DNA of 50,084 nt from Myxococcales bacterium (GTDB lineage Bacteria; Myxococcota; Myxococcia; Myxococcales; 40CM-4-68-19), in assembly GCA_045802855.1 (NCBI GenBank), contig JBJMQD010000389.1, positions 1 to 50,084 on the forward strand. The letters are read 5' to 3'. How positions within the stretch are numbered: position 1 is the first letter of the stretch; each line of letters begins with the position of its first letter. Below the pieces are notes generated by a model. The model did not search any database. It was not told the origin of the DNA and saw only the letters and a list, made by a program, of their open reading frames with translations. Both the position numbers and the translations under genes were made by a program. This document shows positions 9,842 to 20,552 of the stretch, one piece after another.

Positions 9842-11076
9842 CAGACGACGCGAACGCCCTCCTGCGGGTGGACAAGGCTCTCGACGAGCTCCGCGCGGGG
9901 CGCATGGTGATCCTCGTCGACGACGCGGAGCGGGAGAACGAGGGCGATCTGGTCCTCGCCGCCCAGTACGTCACGCCCGAGGCGATCAACTTCATGGCGC
10001 GGTACGGGCGCGGCCTCATCTGCCTCTCTCTCACCGAGGAGCAGGTGCGAAAGCTCGCGCTGCCCATGATGGTCCACGAGAACGAGAGCACGTACTCGAC
10101 CGCGTTCACGGTCAGCATCGAGGCCGCGCGGGGAGTGACGACCGGCATCAGCGCGGCCGACCGGGCGACCACCATCCGCGCCGCGATCAGCCCGGACGCG
10201 AAGCCTTCCGACGTCGTCAGGCCGGGCCACGTCTTCCCCCTGCGCGCCCGCAAGGGCGGCGTCCTCGTCCGCGCGGGCCAGACCGAGGGATCCGTCGATC
10301 TGGCGCGGCTCGCCGGGCTCAATCCCGCGGGAGTCATCTGCGAGGTGATGAACGAGGACGGCACCATGGCCCGCATGCCGGACCTGGAGCAGTTCTCGGC
10401 CCGGCACCACATCCACATCGTCGGAGTGGGCGACGTCATCCAGTACCGGATGCAGCGCGAGCGTCTCGTGCGGCGCGCGGTGGAGGCCCGCGTCCCGACC
10501 GAGTTCGGCGGTGAGATGCGCTGCATCGCGTACGAAAACGACGTCGACAATCTCCACCACGTCGCGCTCGTCAAGGGAACCTGGGCGCCGGAGGAGCCGG
10601 TCCTCGTGCGCGTCCACTCCAAGTGCCTCACCGGCGACGTCTTCGGCTCCCAGCGTTGCGACTGCGGTCCGCAGCTCCACCGCGCCCTGCAGATGATCGA
10701 CGAGGCCGGGAAGGGCGTGCTCGTGTACCTCGACCAGGAAGGGCGCGGGATCGGGCTCGTCAACAAGCTCAGGGCGTACAACCTGCAGGACGAGGGACAC
10801 GACACCGTCGAGGCGAACACCAAGCTCGGCTTCAAGGCGGACCTGCGCGACTACGGGATCGGCGCGCAGATCCTCCACGATTGCGGCGTGCGCAAGATGC
10901 GGCTGATGACCAACAATCCGAAGAAGATCGAGGGCCTCAAGCAGCTCTACGACCTGGAAGTGGTGGAGCGCGTGCCGATCGAGGCGGGACTGTCGCACCA
11001 CAACGCCGAATATCTGGCGGTGAAGCGCGACAAGCTCGGCCACCTGCTCTCCCTCGTGCAGGAGCCGAAGAAGTGA
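9838..11076 (+). CDS. ribBA: Bifunctional DHBP synthase / GTP cyclohydrolase II
   Basis: DD..RENEGD, TTGISA.DR, RVHS.CLTGD.FGS.RCDCG, QEGRGIGL. Confidence 0.97.
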   Translation: MTDDANALLRVDKALDELRAGRMVILVDDAERENEGDLVLAAQYVTPEAINFMARYGRGLICLSLTEEQVRKLALPMMVHENESTYSTAFTVSIEAARGVTTGISAADRATTIRAAISPDAKPSDVVRPGHVFPLRARKGGVLVRAGQTEGSVDLARLAGLNPAGVICEVMNEDGTMARMPDLEQFSARHHIHIVGVGDVIQYRMQRERLVRRAVEARVPTEFGGEMRCIAYENDVDNLHHVALVKGTWAPEEPVLVRVHSKCLTGDVFGSQRCDCGPQLHRALQMIDEAGKGVLVYLDQEGRGIGLVNKLRAYNLQDEGHDTVEANTKLGFKADLRDYGIGAQILHDCGVRKMRLMTNNPKKIEGLKQLYDLEVVERVPIEAGLSHHNAEYLAVKRDKLGHLLSLVQEPKK

Positions 11077-11576
11077 GCCGCTCCGCCCCGCAGCCCGGCC
11101 CGCGCGGCGACGGCGCGGGCATGCGATTCGCGGTCTGCGCCACCAGGTGGAACCCGGAGATCGTCGAGCAGCTCCTCGTGGGCGCGATGGGAGCGCTGCG
11201 CGAAAGCGGCGCCGCGGTCGAGCCGGTGCGGCGCTGCGCTGGCGTCTTCGAGCTGGGCCCGCTCTGCGCCCGCATCGCGCGCAAGGGCGGGATCGACGGC
11301 ATCGTCGCCCTCGGATGCCTCATCCGCGGAGACACCGACCATTACGCGCTCCTCGCTTCCGAGGTGACGCGGTCGCTCGGCACGCTGGCGATGGAAGGCG
11401 CGACGAGCCCGCGTCCCATCGCGGTGGCGTTCGGGGTCCTCGCCTGCGACACGAAGGAGCAAGCGCGCGAACGCGCGGATCCCGCCCGCCTCGACAAGGG
11501 CGCCGAGGCGGCCCTCGCCTGCATCGAGCAGGTCCACGCCCTCAGGTCCGCCAATGCCGAAGTGGAAGGCGGCTGA
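11073..11576 (+). CDS. ribH: 6,7-dimethyl-8-ribityllumazine synthase
   Basis: RWN.EIV..L..GA, G.FE, ALGCLIRGDT.H, FGVL, KGAEAA; start at GTG 11073 or ATG 11121. Confidence 0.9.
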   Translation: MSRSAPQPGPRGDGAGMRFAVCATRWNPEIVEQLLVGAMGALRESGAAVEPVRRCAGVFELGPLCARIARKGGIDGIVALGCLIRGDTDHYALLASEVTRSLGTLAMEGATSPRPIAVAFGVLACDTKEQARERADPARLDKGAEAALACIEQVHALRSANAEVEGG

Positions 11577-12010
11577 TGGGCTCCCGGAGCAAGGCGCGCG
11601 AGTGCGCGCTGCAGGCGCTCTATCAACTCGACACGAGCGGCGGGAACGCCTCCGAGGTCCTGACCGGCATCTGGTCGCACTTCGACCCCGTGGACGAAGA
11701 GACGAAACGATTCGCCGAGGCGCTGGTGCGCGGCGCGCAGCGGGAGCAGGAAGTGATCGACGACGTCATCCGGCGTAGCTCCACCAACTGGAAGATCGAG
11801 CGCATGGCCCGCGTCGATCGGAACGTCCTGCGGCTCGCCGTCTACGAGATCCTGCGAAGGCCAGACGTCCCGGTAAAGGTCTCGCTCAACGAGGCCATCG
11901 AGCTTTCGAAGAAGTACGGATCCGAGGACTCTTCCGCGTTCGTGAACGGCATCCTCGATCGCATCGCCCACGCCACGGACCTTCCCGGGCAGGTCCCGAA
12001 GAAGGAGTAG
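11576..12010 (+). CDS. nusB: Transcription antitermination factor NusB
   Basis: RSKARECALQALYQ, DRNVLRLA.YE, NEAIELSKKYG, FVNGILD. Confidence 0.97.
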   Translation: MGSRSKARECALQALYQLDTSGGNASEVLTGIWSHFDPVDEETKRFAEALVRGAQREQEVIDDVIRRSSTNWKIERMARVDRNVLRLAVYEILRRPDVPVKVSLNEAIELSKKYGSEDSSAFVNGILDRIAHATDLPGQVPKKE

Positions 12011-12013
12011 CCG

Positions 12014-12616
12014 GTGGATCTCTCCTTCCGCCCGTTGACGCTCGATGCCCTCGACGAGGCGAAGGCGGAGGCGCTCTGCCTGTTCGTCGGCGAGGAGGAA
12101 CGACCGCTCACGGGCCTCGCCGGCCTGGTCGACTGGAGGCTCTCGGGACGGCTTTCGCGCATGATCCGGACCGGGCTTCTCACCGGCGCCGCGGGAGAGG
12201 CGATCCTCGCTCCGCCCGGGTCGCGCCTCTCGTTCGAGAAGCTGTTCCTCTTCGGCACCGGGACCTCCCGCGATGCGGAGGCCCTTTCTTCGCGCCTGAT
12301 CGACGCAATGCACCGGCTCTTCCAGGCGGGCGTGCGGGAGGCAGCCCTGCAGCTTCCCCTCGGCGTCGTCGTCGACGAGGGAGCGCGCAGGCTCCTCGCC
12401 GAAGAGCAGGCGCCCCAGCGCGGCCTCGTGTTCGCTCCCGATCCCGCTGTCGTCGCGGAGGCGCTCGCCCAGTCCGGCGCCGCGCGGCCGCCGGATCGGC
12501 GTGTCGTGAAGGTGCCGGCGCCAGGAGTGCCGGACGCGGCAGTGTCGCCGGAGCGGTCCGGTCCGCAGCGGTACGTTCCGCCGCCGTCGTCCAGGCCGTC
12601 CAAGAAGCGCCGCTGA
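12014..12616 (+). CDS. Stand-alone leucyl aminopeptidase (M17) N-terminal-like domain protein
   Basis: ERPL.GLAGLVDWRL.G.LSR...L.LFG.G pattern; no catalytic domain; follows nusB. Confidence 0.6.
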   Translation: MDLSFRPLTLDALDEAKAEALCLFVGEEERPLTGLAGLVDWRLSGRLSRMIRTGLLTGAAGEAILAPPGSRLSFEKLFLFGTGTSRDAEALSSRLIDAMHRLFQAGVREAALQLPLGVVVDEGARRLLAEEQAPQRGLVFAPDPAVVAEALAQSGAARPPDRRVVKVPAPGVPDAAVSPERSGPQRYVPPPSSRPSKKRR

Positions 12617-12709
12617 GGTGCTCGCAGCCAGGCGCTCGCTCGTTGTCGCGGGCGACGAACGTCCGCAGGTTCCCCGAAGAGCGGCCAGCCGCCGCGCCGG
12701 AGGAGAACC

Positions 12710-13144
12710 ATGCACTTCGCACTCATGCTGATGCTCGCGCTCGCCCAGTCCCACGGTCAGTTCGGCAAGGACACGAAGGGCGCGGACGCGACCACCCACG
12801 ACAAGTCCGGCGTCGCCGAGCCCGAAGGTCGCGGCAACGCGAATTCCGCCCCGTCGACGGCGAGCAACACGAGCGACAAGGCGGAGTCGCTCTCGCCCGT
12901 GCACCAGACCGAACTGCAGGGCGGCGACAGCACTACGGCAAAGAAGTCTCCGGCGAAGAGCGCGAAGAAGGCGAAGAAGTCGGCGAAGTCGATGCCGGAG
13001 GCGACGCCCCCGTCGACTCCCGGCAACGGCATGGAGCGGGACGATACCGCGAAGCCCGCGAAGAAGACTCCGACGCACAAGGAGCCGAACATCCGCAACG
13101 AGGATCAAAACCCGGACAACAAGAGCCCCAACGGGCAGCACTGA
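12710..13144 (+). CDS. Secreted low-complexity hypothetical protein
   Basis: GGAGGAG RBS, short hydrophobic signal, Lys/Ala/Ser/Pro-rich body. Confidence 0.65.
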   Translation: MHFALMLMLALAQSHGQFGKDTKGADATTHDKSGVAEPEGRGNANSAPSTASNTSDKAESLSPVHQTELQGGDSTTAKKSPAKSAKKAKKSAKSMPEATPPSTPGNGMERDDTAKPAKKTPTHKEPNIRNEDQNPDNKSPNGQH

Positions 13145-14446
13145 TCAGGGCGTCAGCCGCTCCATCATCCTCGGGAACGGGATGGTCTCGCGGACGTGAG
13201 GTAGGCCGCAGATCCATCCGACGGTGCGCTCCACTCCGAGCCCGAAGCCCGAGTGGGGCACCGACCCGAACTTGCGCAGGTCGAGGTACCAGGTGAACGC
13301 CTCGCGCGGCAGCTTGTGCTCGTCGATGCCGCGCAGCAGCGTCTCGTAGTCGTCCTCGCGCTGGCCGCCGCCGATGATCTCGCCGTACCCCTCCGGTGCG
13401 AGCACGTCGACGCCCAGCGCGAGCTTCGGGTCCTGCGCGTCCTTCTTGAAATAGAAGGCCTTCAAGGACGCTGGGTACCGGTGCACCATCAGCGGCCGAT
13501 CGAACTGCTTGCAGAGCACCGTCTCCTCGTCGCCGCCGAAGTCGTCGCCCCACTGGATCGGGTGCCCGGCCTTGCGGATGGCCTCCACCGCGTCGTTGTA
13601 GGTGATGCGCGGGAAGGGCTTCTTCACGTTGCGCAACATCGAGAGATCGCGCTCGAGCACGCCCGTCAGGTCCTTCTCGTGCTTCTCCAGGACGCGGCCG
13701 ACGATGGTGACGAGGAAATCCTCGGCGAGGTCCATGTTGCCTTCGAGATCGAGGTAGGCGACCTCCGGTTCCACCATCCAGAACTCGGTCAGATGGCGCC
13801 GCGTCTTGCTCTTCTCCGCCCGGAAGGTCGGACCGAAGACGTACGCCTTTCCCACCGCCATCGCCGCCGCCTCGCCGTACAGCTGGCCGCTCTGGGTGAG
13901 GAAGGCCTTTCCCAGGTCGAAGTAGGGGACCTCGAACAGCGTCGACGTTCCCTCGCAGGCCGCCGGCGTGAGGATGGGAGAGTCCACGAGGGTGAAGCCG
14001 CGCTCGTCGTAATAATCGCGGATCGCCTTGATGAGCGTGTGCCGGACGGCGAGGATCGCCCGCTGCCGCGCGCTGCGAAGCCAGAGGTGCCTCTGCTCCT
14101 GCAAGAAGCCGACGCCATGCTCCTTCGGCTGGATGGGATAACCGGGCTGCCCCTGCAGGACCTTCAGGTCCTTGACGTGGACTTCGTATCCGATGGGGCT
14201 GCGCGGGTCCTTCGCCACCGTCCCGCGCACCTCCAGCGAGGCCTCCTGCGGAGCGTGCTCGGCCGCGACGAACGCCGTCTCGGGCACGTCCTTCTTCGAG
14301 ACCACGCACTGGATGATTCCGGTGCCGTCCCGGAGCTGGATGAAATGGAGCTTGCCGCTCGATCGCTTGCCGTAGAGCCAGCCGCGAAAGAGCGTTTCCT
14401 TCCCCTCGTGAGCTGCGACGTCGCCGACGTAGACGTGCGGTTCCAT
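13145..14446 (-). CDS. asnS: Asparagine--tRNA ligase
   Basis: [50 protein letters not shown]. Confidence 0.97.
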   Translation of the reverse strand: MEPHVYVGDVAAHEGKETLFRGWLYGKRSSGKLHFIQLRDGTGIIQCVVSKKDVPETAFVAAEHAPQEASLEVRGTVAKDPRSPIGYEVHVKDLKVLQGQPGYPIQPKEHGVGFLQEQRHLWLRSARQRAILAVRHTLIKAIRDYYDERGFTLVDSPILTPAACEGTSTLFEVPYFDLGKAFLTQSGQLYGEAAAMAVGKAYVFGPTFRAEKSKTRRHLTEFWMVEPEVAYLDLEGNMDLAEDFLVTIVGRVLEKHEKDLTGVLERDLSMLRNVKKPFPRITYNDAVEAIRKAGHPIQWGDDFGGDEETVLCKQFDRPLMVHRYPASLKAFYFKKDAQDPKLALGVDVLAPEGYGEIIGGGQREDDYETLLRGIDEHKLPREAFTWYLDLRKFGSVPHSGFGLGVERTVGWICGLPHVRETIPFPRMMERLTP

Positions 14447-14505
14447 TCCGCCCCTTCTAGCGCGCGAGGATTGCATTGGGAACGCGCTCAAAGGAAAAGG
14501 CGTCG

Positions 14506-16719
14506 ATGATGTTTGCGACCCTCCTCTGCGCTGTCCTGGGAATCGCGCAACCCGCTCCCGAGACGGCGAAGCCCATACCGCCGCCGGAGGCCCTCCCTCA
14601 TCGCGCCGAGCCGCCGGCCCCGCCCGGCACGACCGAAACCTCGTCTCCCGACGGCATCCCCCTCGCGGGCATCGATGCCGGTGCCGTCCGCGTGCCTTCC
14701 AGCGCGGAGGCGTGGGGTGGGGTCCGTACCGGCAGCGAAAAGGCCCTTTCCGATCGCGTCGCCGACTACCGGATCGAGGCCGTTCTCGATCCCGTCCAGC
14801 ACACCGTCGACGGGAAGGAGCGGCTCACCTGGCGGAACCGCAGCGCCGTCGCGGTCCGATCGCTCTACTTCCACCTCTACCTCAACGCGTTCGAGGGGAA
14901 GGGCAGCACGTTCTACGTGGAGATGGCCCGGTACGGCGGGTTCCGCACGGGCGTGACACCGAAGAAAGGCGAGTGGGGAACCATCGAGCTGCGCAGCGTC
15001 TCGCAGTCGGGAAAGGAGCTTTCCTGGACGTTCGTGCATCCCGACGGCGGGCCCGCGACCGATCGCACGGTCGTCCGCGTCGACCTTGCCGAGCCGATCC
15101 CGCCGGGCGCCTCGGGGGTGCTCGAGATCGAGTTCCACGACAAGCTTCCCCGCGTCGTCGCCCGCACCGGGTACTTCGGCAGCTACCACCTGGTCGGGCA
15201 ATGGTTCCCGAAGATCGGCGTCCTCGAGCTTCCCGGCGAGCGAGGGGCGACGGCGCCGCGCTGGAACTGCCACGAGCTCCACCTCAACTCGGAGTTCTAC
15301 GCGGACTTCGGCAGCTACGACGTCTCGATCACGGCGCCCAAGGAGTTCGTCCTCGGTGCCGTCGGCGAAGAGCAGGGCGCTCCCGTCGAGACGCCGCGAG
15401 GTCTACGACACCATTTCGTGCAAGACGACGTGCACGATTTCGCCTTCGCCGCGTGGGACCGGTTCCAGACGCTCACCGCGTCCTGGGAAGGCCCGGGCAG
15501 CCCGCGCGTGGAGGTGAAGGTCCTCTATCCGAAGGAGTACGAGAAGGCCGCCCGCGTCACCCTCGAGGCGACCGTCGAATCGCTCCGTTACTTCTCCGAG
15601 ACGCTCGGGCCGTACCCGTATCGCACCTCGACGGCGGTGGTGCCGCCCTTCAACGCCGGCGAGTCCGCGGGCATGGAGTACGAGACCTTCTTCACGAGCG
15701 AAGCGTTCCGTGACGATCCTGGGCTCCCCCTGGTTCGCTTCGTCACGGTTCACGAGTTCGGCCACGGGTACTTCATGGGCATCCTCGCCTCCAACGAGTT
15801 CGAGGAGCCCATGCTGGACGAAGGCCTGAACGAGCTCTGGGACACGCGCCTCATCGCCAAGGCGCCCGTCGTCTTCCGCGTTCCCGCGCTCTCCCGGCTC
15901 GGATTCCCGAGATTCTCTGTCGACTGGTACGACTACGAGCGGGGCGGCAACCCGAGAAGCCCCCCCGATCCGATCGCGGGCAATGCCTGGCACCGGTACT
16001 CCGAGGCATCTTACGGTCTCGTCTACACGCGCACGACGCTCGCCTTCCACGATCTCGCGAGCCGGATCGGCGACGACGTCCTCGCCAAGGCGATGCGCGA
16101 GTACTACCGCCGATGGCGCTTCCGGCACCCGAGCACGGCGGATCTGCGCGCAGTCTTCGAGGATGTTTCGGGCCGCAAGGACGTGGTCGACCAGTGGTTC
16201 GACGAGCAGGTCTACGACGCCCGCTCGATCGACGACCGCGTCGAGAAGGTTGAATCGGCGGAGATCCTGCCGCAGCCGGGGTTCGTGGTCCGCGACGGCA
16301 AGAGCTCGGAGCTCGACCAGGAGGCGATCGACAAGGAGATCCGGGCGAGGCGCGAGGCATTCGCGAAGGAGCATCCGCAGCCCCGCCCCGGCGAGCCAGG
16401 ACCGTTTCCGTTCCGGAGCGTGGTCGTGGCGCGAAGGTTCGGTCCTGCCCAGGTTCCCCAGACCGTCGAGGTGCGCTTCGAGGATGGCTCCGTCGAGCGG
16501 ATGCGGTGGGACCCGAGCGATCGCTGGCAGCGCTGGACGTTCGAGAAGCCCGTCCGCGTCCAGAGCGCGCAGCTCGATCCGGACCGCGAATACCTGCTCG
16601 ACCTGAACAAGCTCGACGACGGGCATGCCCGGGAAACGAATCGGCTTCCGAGCACGCGCTGGACGCTGGAAGCTTCGGCGTGGACGCAGGCCTTCCTCGC
16701 GCTCCTGGAGTCGCTGTGA
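14506..16719 (+). CDS. Secreted M1 family zinc metallopeptidase
   Basis: Signal peptide; AGMEY exopeptidase motif; HEFGH-x18-E (LDEG). Confidence 0.9.
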   Translation: MMFATLLCAVLGIAQPAPETAKPIPPPEALPHRAEPPAPPGTTETSSPDGIPLAGIDAGAVRVPSSAEAWGGVRTGSEKALSDRVADYRIEAVLDPVQHTVDGKERLTWRNRSAVAVRSLYFHLYLNAFEGKGSTFYVEMARYGGFRTGVTPKKGEWGTIELRSVSQSGKELSWTFVHPDGGPATDRTVVRVDLAEPIPPGASGVLEIEFHDKLPRVVARTGYFGSYHLVGQWFPKIGVLELPGERGATAPRWNCHELHLNSEFYADFGSYDVSITAPKEFVLGAVGEEQGAPVETPRGLRHHFVQDDVHDFAFAAWDRFQTLTASWEGPGSPRVEVKVLYPKEYEKAARVTLEATVESLRYFSETLGPYPYRTSTAVVPPFNAGESAGMEYETFFTSEAFRDDPGLPLVRFVTVHEFGHGYFMGILASNEFEEPMLDEGLNELWDTRLIAKAPVVFRVPALSRLGFPRFSVDWYDYERGGNPRSPPDPIAGNAWHRYSEASYGLVYTRTTLAFHDLASRIGDDVLAKAMREYYRRWRFRHPSTADLRAVFEDVSGRKDVVDQWFDEQVYDARSIDDRVEKVESAEILPQPGFVVRDGKSSELDQEAIDKEIRARREAFAKEHPQPRPGEPGPFPFRSVVVARRFGPAQVPQTVEVRFEDGSVERMRWDPSDRWQRWTFEKPVRVQSAQLDPDREYLLDLNKLDDGHARETNRLPSTRWTLEASAWTQAFLALLESL

Positions 16720-17801
16720 TCACGCCTCGCCTGTTCCGCCGCTCGCTCGGGCACGCGTTCCAGGGGCGGCTCCTGCTCCTCTTCGTGCTGGGCTCGCTGT
16801 TTCCCGCTGCGCTCGCGGCGCTCCCCGTGCTGCGGTTCCTTTCACCGCTTCTCGACCACTCGCCGCGCGCGAAGGATCTCGCCGCCTCGCTCGACTCGCA
16901 CACCGTGATGGATCTGCTGCGCGGGCTGAACGAGCCGGGGACAGCCAGCGCGGTCGCGACGGGGTTCGGGGTCGCCGCCGTCGTCGCTTTCCTCGTCGGT
17001 CCGTTCCTCGCCGGGGCTGCGTTGATCGTCGCCCGCGCGGAGGGCACCGTCCGTACCCGAGCGCTCCTCGCTTCCGCCGGCGAGAACTACGGCAGGCTCT
17101 TCCGGGTCGCTCTCGTCGGCCTCGTTCCCATCGGCGCCGCGTTCGCTGTATCCGGCGCATTGTTCAACGCCTCGCGTACCGCCGCCGAGCGGGCGATCAC
17201 GGAATCGCAAGCGGCCCGGGGCGGGCTTCTGGCGACCCTGGGAGCCGTCGTCCTCTTCTTCGTCGCGCAGCTTTGCGTCGATGCCGCCCGCGGAATGCTC
17301 GCGGCGGAGCCCTACCGCCAGAGCGCGCTCGCCGCGTCCTGGGCGGGATTGCGGCTGGTCGTCCGGCGCCCGCTGCGCGCGCTGGGGCTCGGGCTCGCGA
17401 CGCTCCTCGCCGGTGGCGGAGCCGCTTTCGTCCTGCTTCTCCTGCGGCTGCGGATCCCGCAGGCCGGCGCCGGATCGGTGCTCGCCGCCTTCGTGCTCGC
17501 CCAGCTTGGCGCGGCAGGGATCGCCTGGCACCGGGCCGCGCGGATCGTCGGCTTCGCGGACCTGGCGCGTGCGGATGCCGCCGACCGCGAGCGCCGCTCC
17601 GCATTCGCGATGAGGCCTCCCGAGCCCCTTCCGCCGGCGGCGCCCACGACCGAGACGCGGTCCACGATCCTCGACGCTCTCGCCCCGCCTGTCTCCGTGC
17701 CGCCCGCCGCCCGGGCAGTCCCTGCCGAGCGCCCGCTTCCCTCGACCGATCCGGTATCTGCGGACGACGCCTTGTCCGACCCCCGTCGTTCTGGTACCTG
17801 A
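16716..17801 (+). CDS. Multi-pass membrane protein translationally coupled to the M1 peptidase
   Basis: GTGA overlap with the peptidase stop; about 6 hydrophobic helices; Pro-rich tail. Confidence 0.7.
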   Translation: MITPRLFRRSLGHAFQGRLLLLFVLGSLFPAALAALPVLRFLSPLLDHSPRAKDLAASLDSHTVMDLLRGLNEPGTASAVATGFGVAAVVAFLVGPFLAGAALIVARAEGTVRTRALLASAGENYGRLFRVALVGLVPIGAAFAVSGALFNASRTAAERAITESQAARGGLLATLGAVVLFFVAQLCVDAARGMLAAEPYRQSALAASWAGLRLVVRRPLRALGLGLATLLAGGGAAFVLLLLRLRIPQAGAGSVLAAFVLAQLGAAGIAWHRAARIVGFADLARADAADRERRSAFAMRPPEPLPPAAPTTETRSTILDALAPPVSVPPAARAVPAERPLPSTDPVSADDALSDPRRSGT

Positions 17802-17864
17802 CCCGACCCGCTCCGCCGCAAAGCGTTACAATGGGCGGATCGCGTTTCGAGGAGGTTACCGGGA

Positions 17865-20378
17865 GTGCAGGATCGGTACGATCCGAAGGCCGTCGAGCCG
17901 CGCTGGCAGCGCCACTGGGAGAGCAAGGATCTGTTCCGCGCCGGTGCCCGCGCGGGCGCTCCCAAGAAGTACGTGCTCGCCATGCTGCCGTATCCGTCGG
18001 GCGAGATGCACATGGGACACGTTCGCGTGTACGCCATCGCGGACGTCCTCTCCCGCTACAACCGCAAGCGCGGCTACGACGTCCTGCAGCCTCTCGGCTG
18101 GGACGCTTTCGGGCTACCCGCCGAGAACGCCGCCATCAAGGAAGGCCTGCACCCGAAGATCCGCACGCCGAAGAACATCGAATCCTTCAAGCAGGACGTG
18201 AAGTCGCTCGGCATCTCCATCGACTGGTCCCGCGAGATCAACACCAGCGAGCCCGAGTACTACCGCTGGAACCAGTGGTTCTTTCTCCGCATGCTGGAGC
18301 GTGGCCTCGTCTACCGCCGCCGCGCGAAGGTGAACTTCTGCCCCTCCTGCAACACGGTGCTCGCGAACGAGCAGGTGGAGGAGGGGCTCTGCTGGCGCTG
18401 CGGGAGCAAGGTCGAAGAGCGGGAGATCCCGGAATGGGCCTTCCGCATCACCAAGTACGCCGACCGGCTCCTGGAAGGTCTCGACGGGCTCGACTGGCCC
18501 GAGCGTGTGGTGGCGATGCAGCGCAACTGGATCGGTCGCTCCGACGGCCTGGAGATCGAGTTCCCGGTACCCAAGTCGAAGGGTGACGGCTTCCGCGTCT
18601 TCACCACGCGCGCCGACACCATCTACGGCGCGACCTACGTCGCCGCGGCGCCGGATCATCCGCTCGTAAAGAAGCTCGCGCCCGAGGCGAAGAGGGCGGA
18701 GATCGCCGCCTTCGCCGAGAAGGTCCGCGCCGCTGCCCGAAGCGTCGGCGCAGGTGCGGCCGCCGCCGAGAAGGAGGGGATCGACACCGGCATCCGGGCG
18801 AAGAATCCCTTCACCGGGGAGACGATCCCGGTGTGGGTCGCGAACTTCGTGCTTGCCGGATACGGCACCGGCGCGGTGATGGCAGTTCCGGCTCACGACC
18901 AGCGAGACTTCGAGTTCGCGAAGAAGTACGACCTCGCCATCCGGTTCGTGGTCCGATCTTCGGATGAAGATGCGGCGGTCGATCCGAACAAGGCGGAGAA
19001 GGCTTTCGTCGAGTACGGCGTGCTCGTCGAGTCCGGATCTTTCACCGGTCTGCCGTCGGAACAGGCGCGGCTCGCCATTGCTGCGGAAGCCCAGCGGCGA
19101 GGCATCGGGAACCCGGCGGTCAATTTCCATCTGCGGGACTGGGGAATCTCGCGCCAGCGCTACTGGGGGACGCCGATCCCCATCCTGTATTGCGAGGATT
19201 GCGATCCCGAGGGTCACGGGATTCCCGTGCCGGACGAGGATCTTCCGGTCGTGCTTCCCGACATCGACGTGAAGGAGGTGCTGACGGGGAAGGGCGAACC
19301 GCCCCTCGCCAAGGTGTCGAGCTGGGTGCACACCACCTGCCCGAAGTGCCGCGGCCCCGCGCGGCGCGAGGCCGAGACGATGGACACGTTCGTCGACTCG
19401 AGCTGGTACTTCGCCCGCTACCTGTCCCCGCAGGAAGACAAAGCTCCGTTCCTGCGCGAGGACGCCGACCGGTGGCTCGCCATCGACACCTACGTCGGCG
19501 GTCCGGAGCACGCGGTGCTCCACCTCCTCTACTTCCGCTTCTGGACCAAGGTGATGGCGGAACTCGGGCTCTGCGCAGTCCACGAGCCCGCGCAGCGTCT
19601 GGTCACGCAAGGCATCGTCAAGGGCCGCGACGGCGAGAAGATGTCGAAGAGCAAGGGCAACGTCGTCTCGCCCCGCGACATCATCGCCGGCTACGGCGCG
19701 GACACAGCCCGCCTCTTCATCCTCTTCGCCGCCCCGGCGGAGAAGGACATGGACTGGTCCGACGAGCAGATCGAGGGACAGCATCGGTTCCTCGGGCGCC
19801 TGTTCCGGCTCTTCCAGGCGAACGCCGCGAGAGTGCGCGGGAAGACGGTCCACGCGGCGACGGCGCAAGGCGAGGCGCTGGAAATCCGCCGCAGGACGCA
19901 CCGGACCATCGCCCGCGTCACCCAGCAGCTCGAACGGCTCCAGTTCAATACGGCGATCTCCAGCTTGATGGAGCTGTCGAATGCCGTAACCGGGTTCACG
20001 CCGAAGAACGAGGGCGACGAAGGCGCGCTGGTCGAAGCACTGGAGACCCTGGTGCAGCTGCTCTCGCCGTTCGCTCCCCACCTCGCCGAGGAGCTCTGGG
20101 CGGAGCTGGGACACACGGCAGCGGAGCGGGACCAGGAGCTCGGGCTGCGGCCCTGGCCGCACGCCGACCCCGCCCTGACCGCCGAGGAGACGGTGAACAT
20201 CGCCGTGCAGGTGAACGGGAAGCTGCGCGGGCAGGTATCCGTCCCGGCCATGGCCGCCGAGGAAGACATCCGCGAGGCCGCGGCCGCCGATCCGAAGATC
20301 CGGAGTTGGATCGACGGCAAGACGGTGAAGAAGGTGGTCGTGATCCCGAAGCGGCTGGTCAACTTCGTCGTGGCGTGA
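17865..20378 (+). CDS. leuS: Leucine--tRNA ligase
   Basis: PYPSG.MHMGH (HIGH), GWDAFGLPAENAA, KMSKSKGN, VQVNGKLRG. Confidence 0.98.
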   Translation: MQDRYDPKAVEPRWQRHWESKDLFRAGARAGAPKKYVLAMLPYPSGEMHMGHVRVYAIADVLSRYNRKRGYDVLQPLGWDAFGLPAENAAIKEGLHPKIRTPKNIESFKQDVKSLGISIDWSREINTSEPEYYRWNQWFFLRMLERGLVYRRRAKVNFCPSCNTVLANEQVEEGLCWRCGSKVEEREIPEWAFRITKYADRLLEGLDGLDWPERVVAMQRNWIGRSDGLEIEFPVPKSKGDGFRVFTTRADTIYGATYVAAAPDHPLVKKLAPEAKRAEIAAFAEKVRAAARSVGAGAAAAEKEGIDTGIRAKNPFTGETIPVWVANFVLAGYGTGAVMAVPAHDQRDFEFAKKYDLAIRFVVRSSDEDAAVDPNKAEKAFVEYGVLVESGSFTGLPSEQARLAIAAEAQRRGIGNPAVNFHLRDWGISRQRYWGTPIPILYCEDCDPEGHGIPVPDEDLPVVLPDIDVKEVLTGKGEPPLAKVSSWVHTTCPKCRGPARREAETMDTFVDSSWYFARYLSPQEDKAPFLREDADRWLAIDTYVGGPEHAVLHLLYFRFWTKVMAELGLCAVHEPAQRLVTQGIVKGRDGEKMSKSKGNVVSPRDIIAGYGADTARLFILFAAPAEKDMDWSDEQIEGQHRFLGRLFRLFQANAARVRGKTVHAATAQGEALEIRRRTHRTIARVTQQLERLQFNTAISSLMELSNAVTGFTPKNEGDEGALVEALETLVQLLSPFAPHLAEELWAELGHTAAERDQELGLRPWPHADPALTAEETVNIAVQVNGKLRGQVSVPAMAAEEDIREAAAADPKIRSWIDGKTVKKVVVIPKRLVNFVVA

Positions 20379-20390
20379 AGCGCGGGCTCT

Positions 20391-20552
20391 TCTCCGTATG
20401 CTGCGGCCTTCGGCCTCCGCCCGTCGCGGGCAAAGCGCGCTCCTTCTCCGTATGCTGCGGCCTTCGGCCTCCGCCCGTCGCGGGCAAAGCGCGCTCCTTT
20501 TTCGTATGCTCCGGCCTTCGGCCTCCGCCCGTCGCGGGCAAAGCCCGCTCCT
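20391..20552 (+). repeat. Three tandem 54-bp units of the dispersed repeat (copies 3-5)
   Basis: Units at 20391-20444, 20445-20498 and 20499-20552: tctccgtatgctgcggccttcggcctccgcccgtcgcgggcaaagcgcgctcct; the first two are identical; no spacers. Confidence 0.97.

Noticed and set aside
20535-20549. Similarity of GGGCAAAGCCC to the AAV inverted terminal repeat arm
   Set aside because: A short GC-rich triloop hairpin match is expected by chance; there is no viral context.
20391-20552. Possible CRISPR array
   Set aside because: The units are head-to-tail with no unique spacers, and no cas genes are present; it is a tandem repeat.
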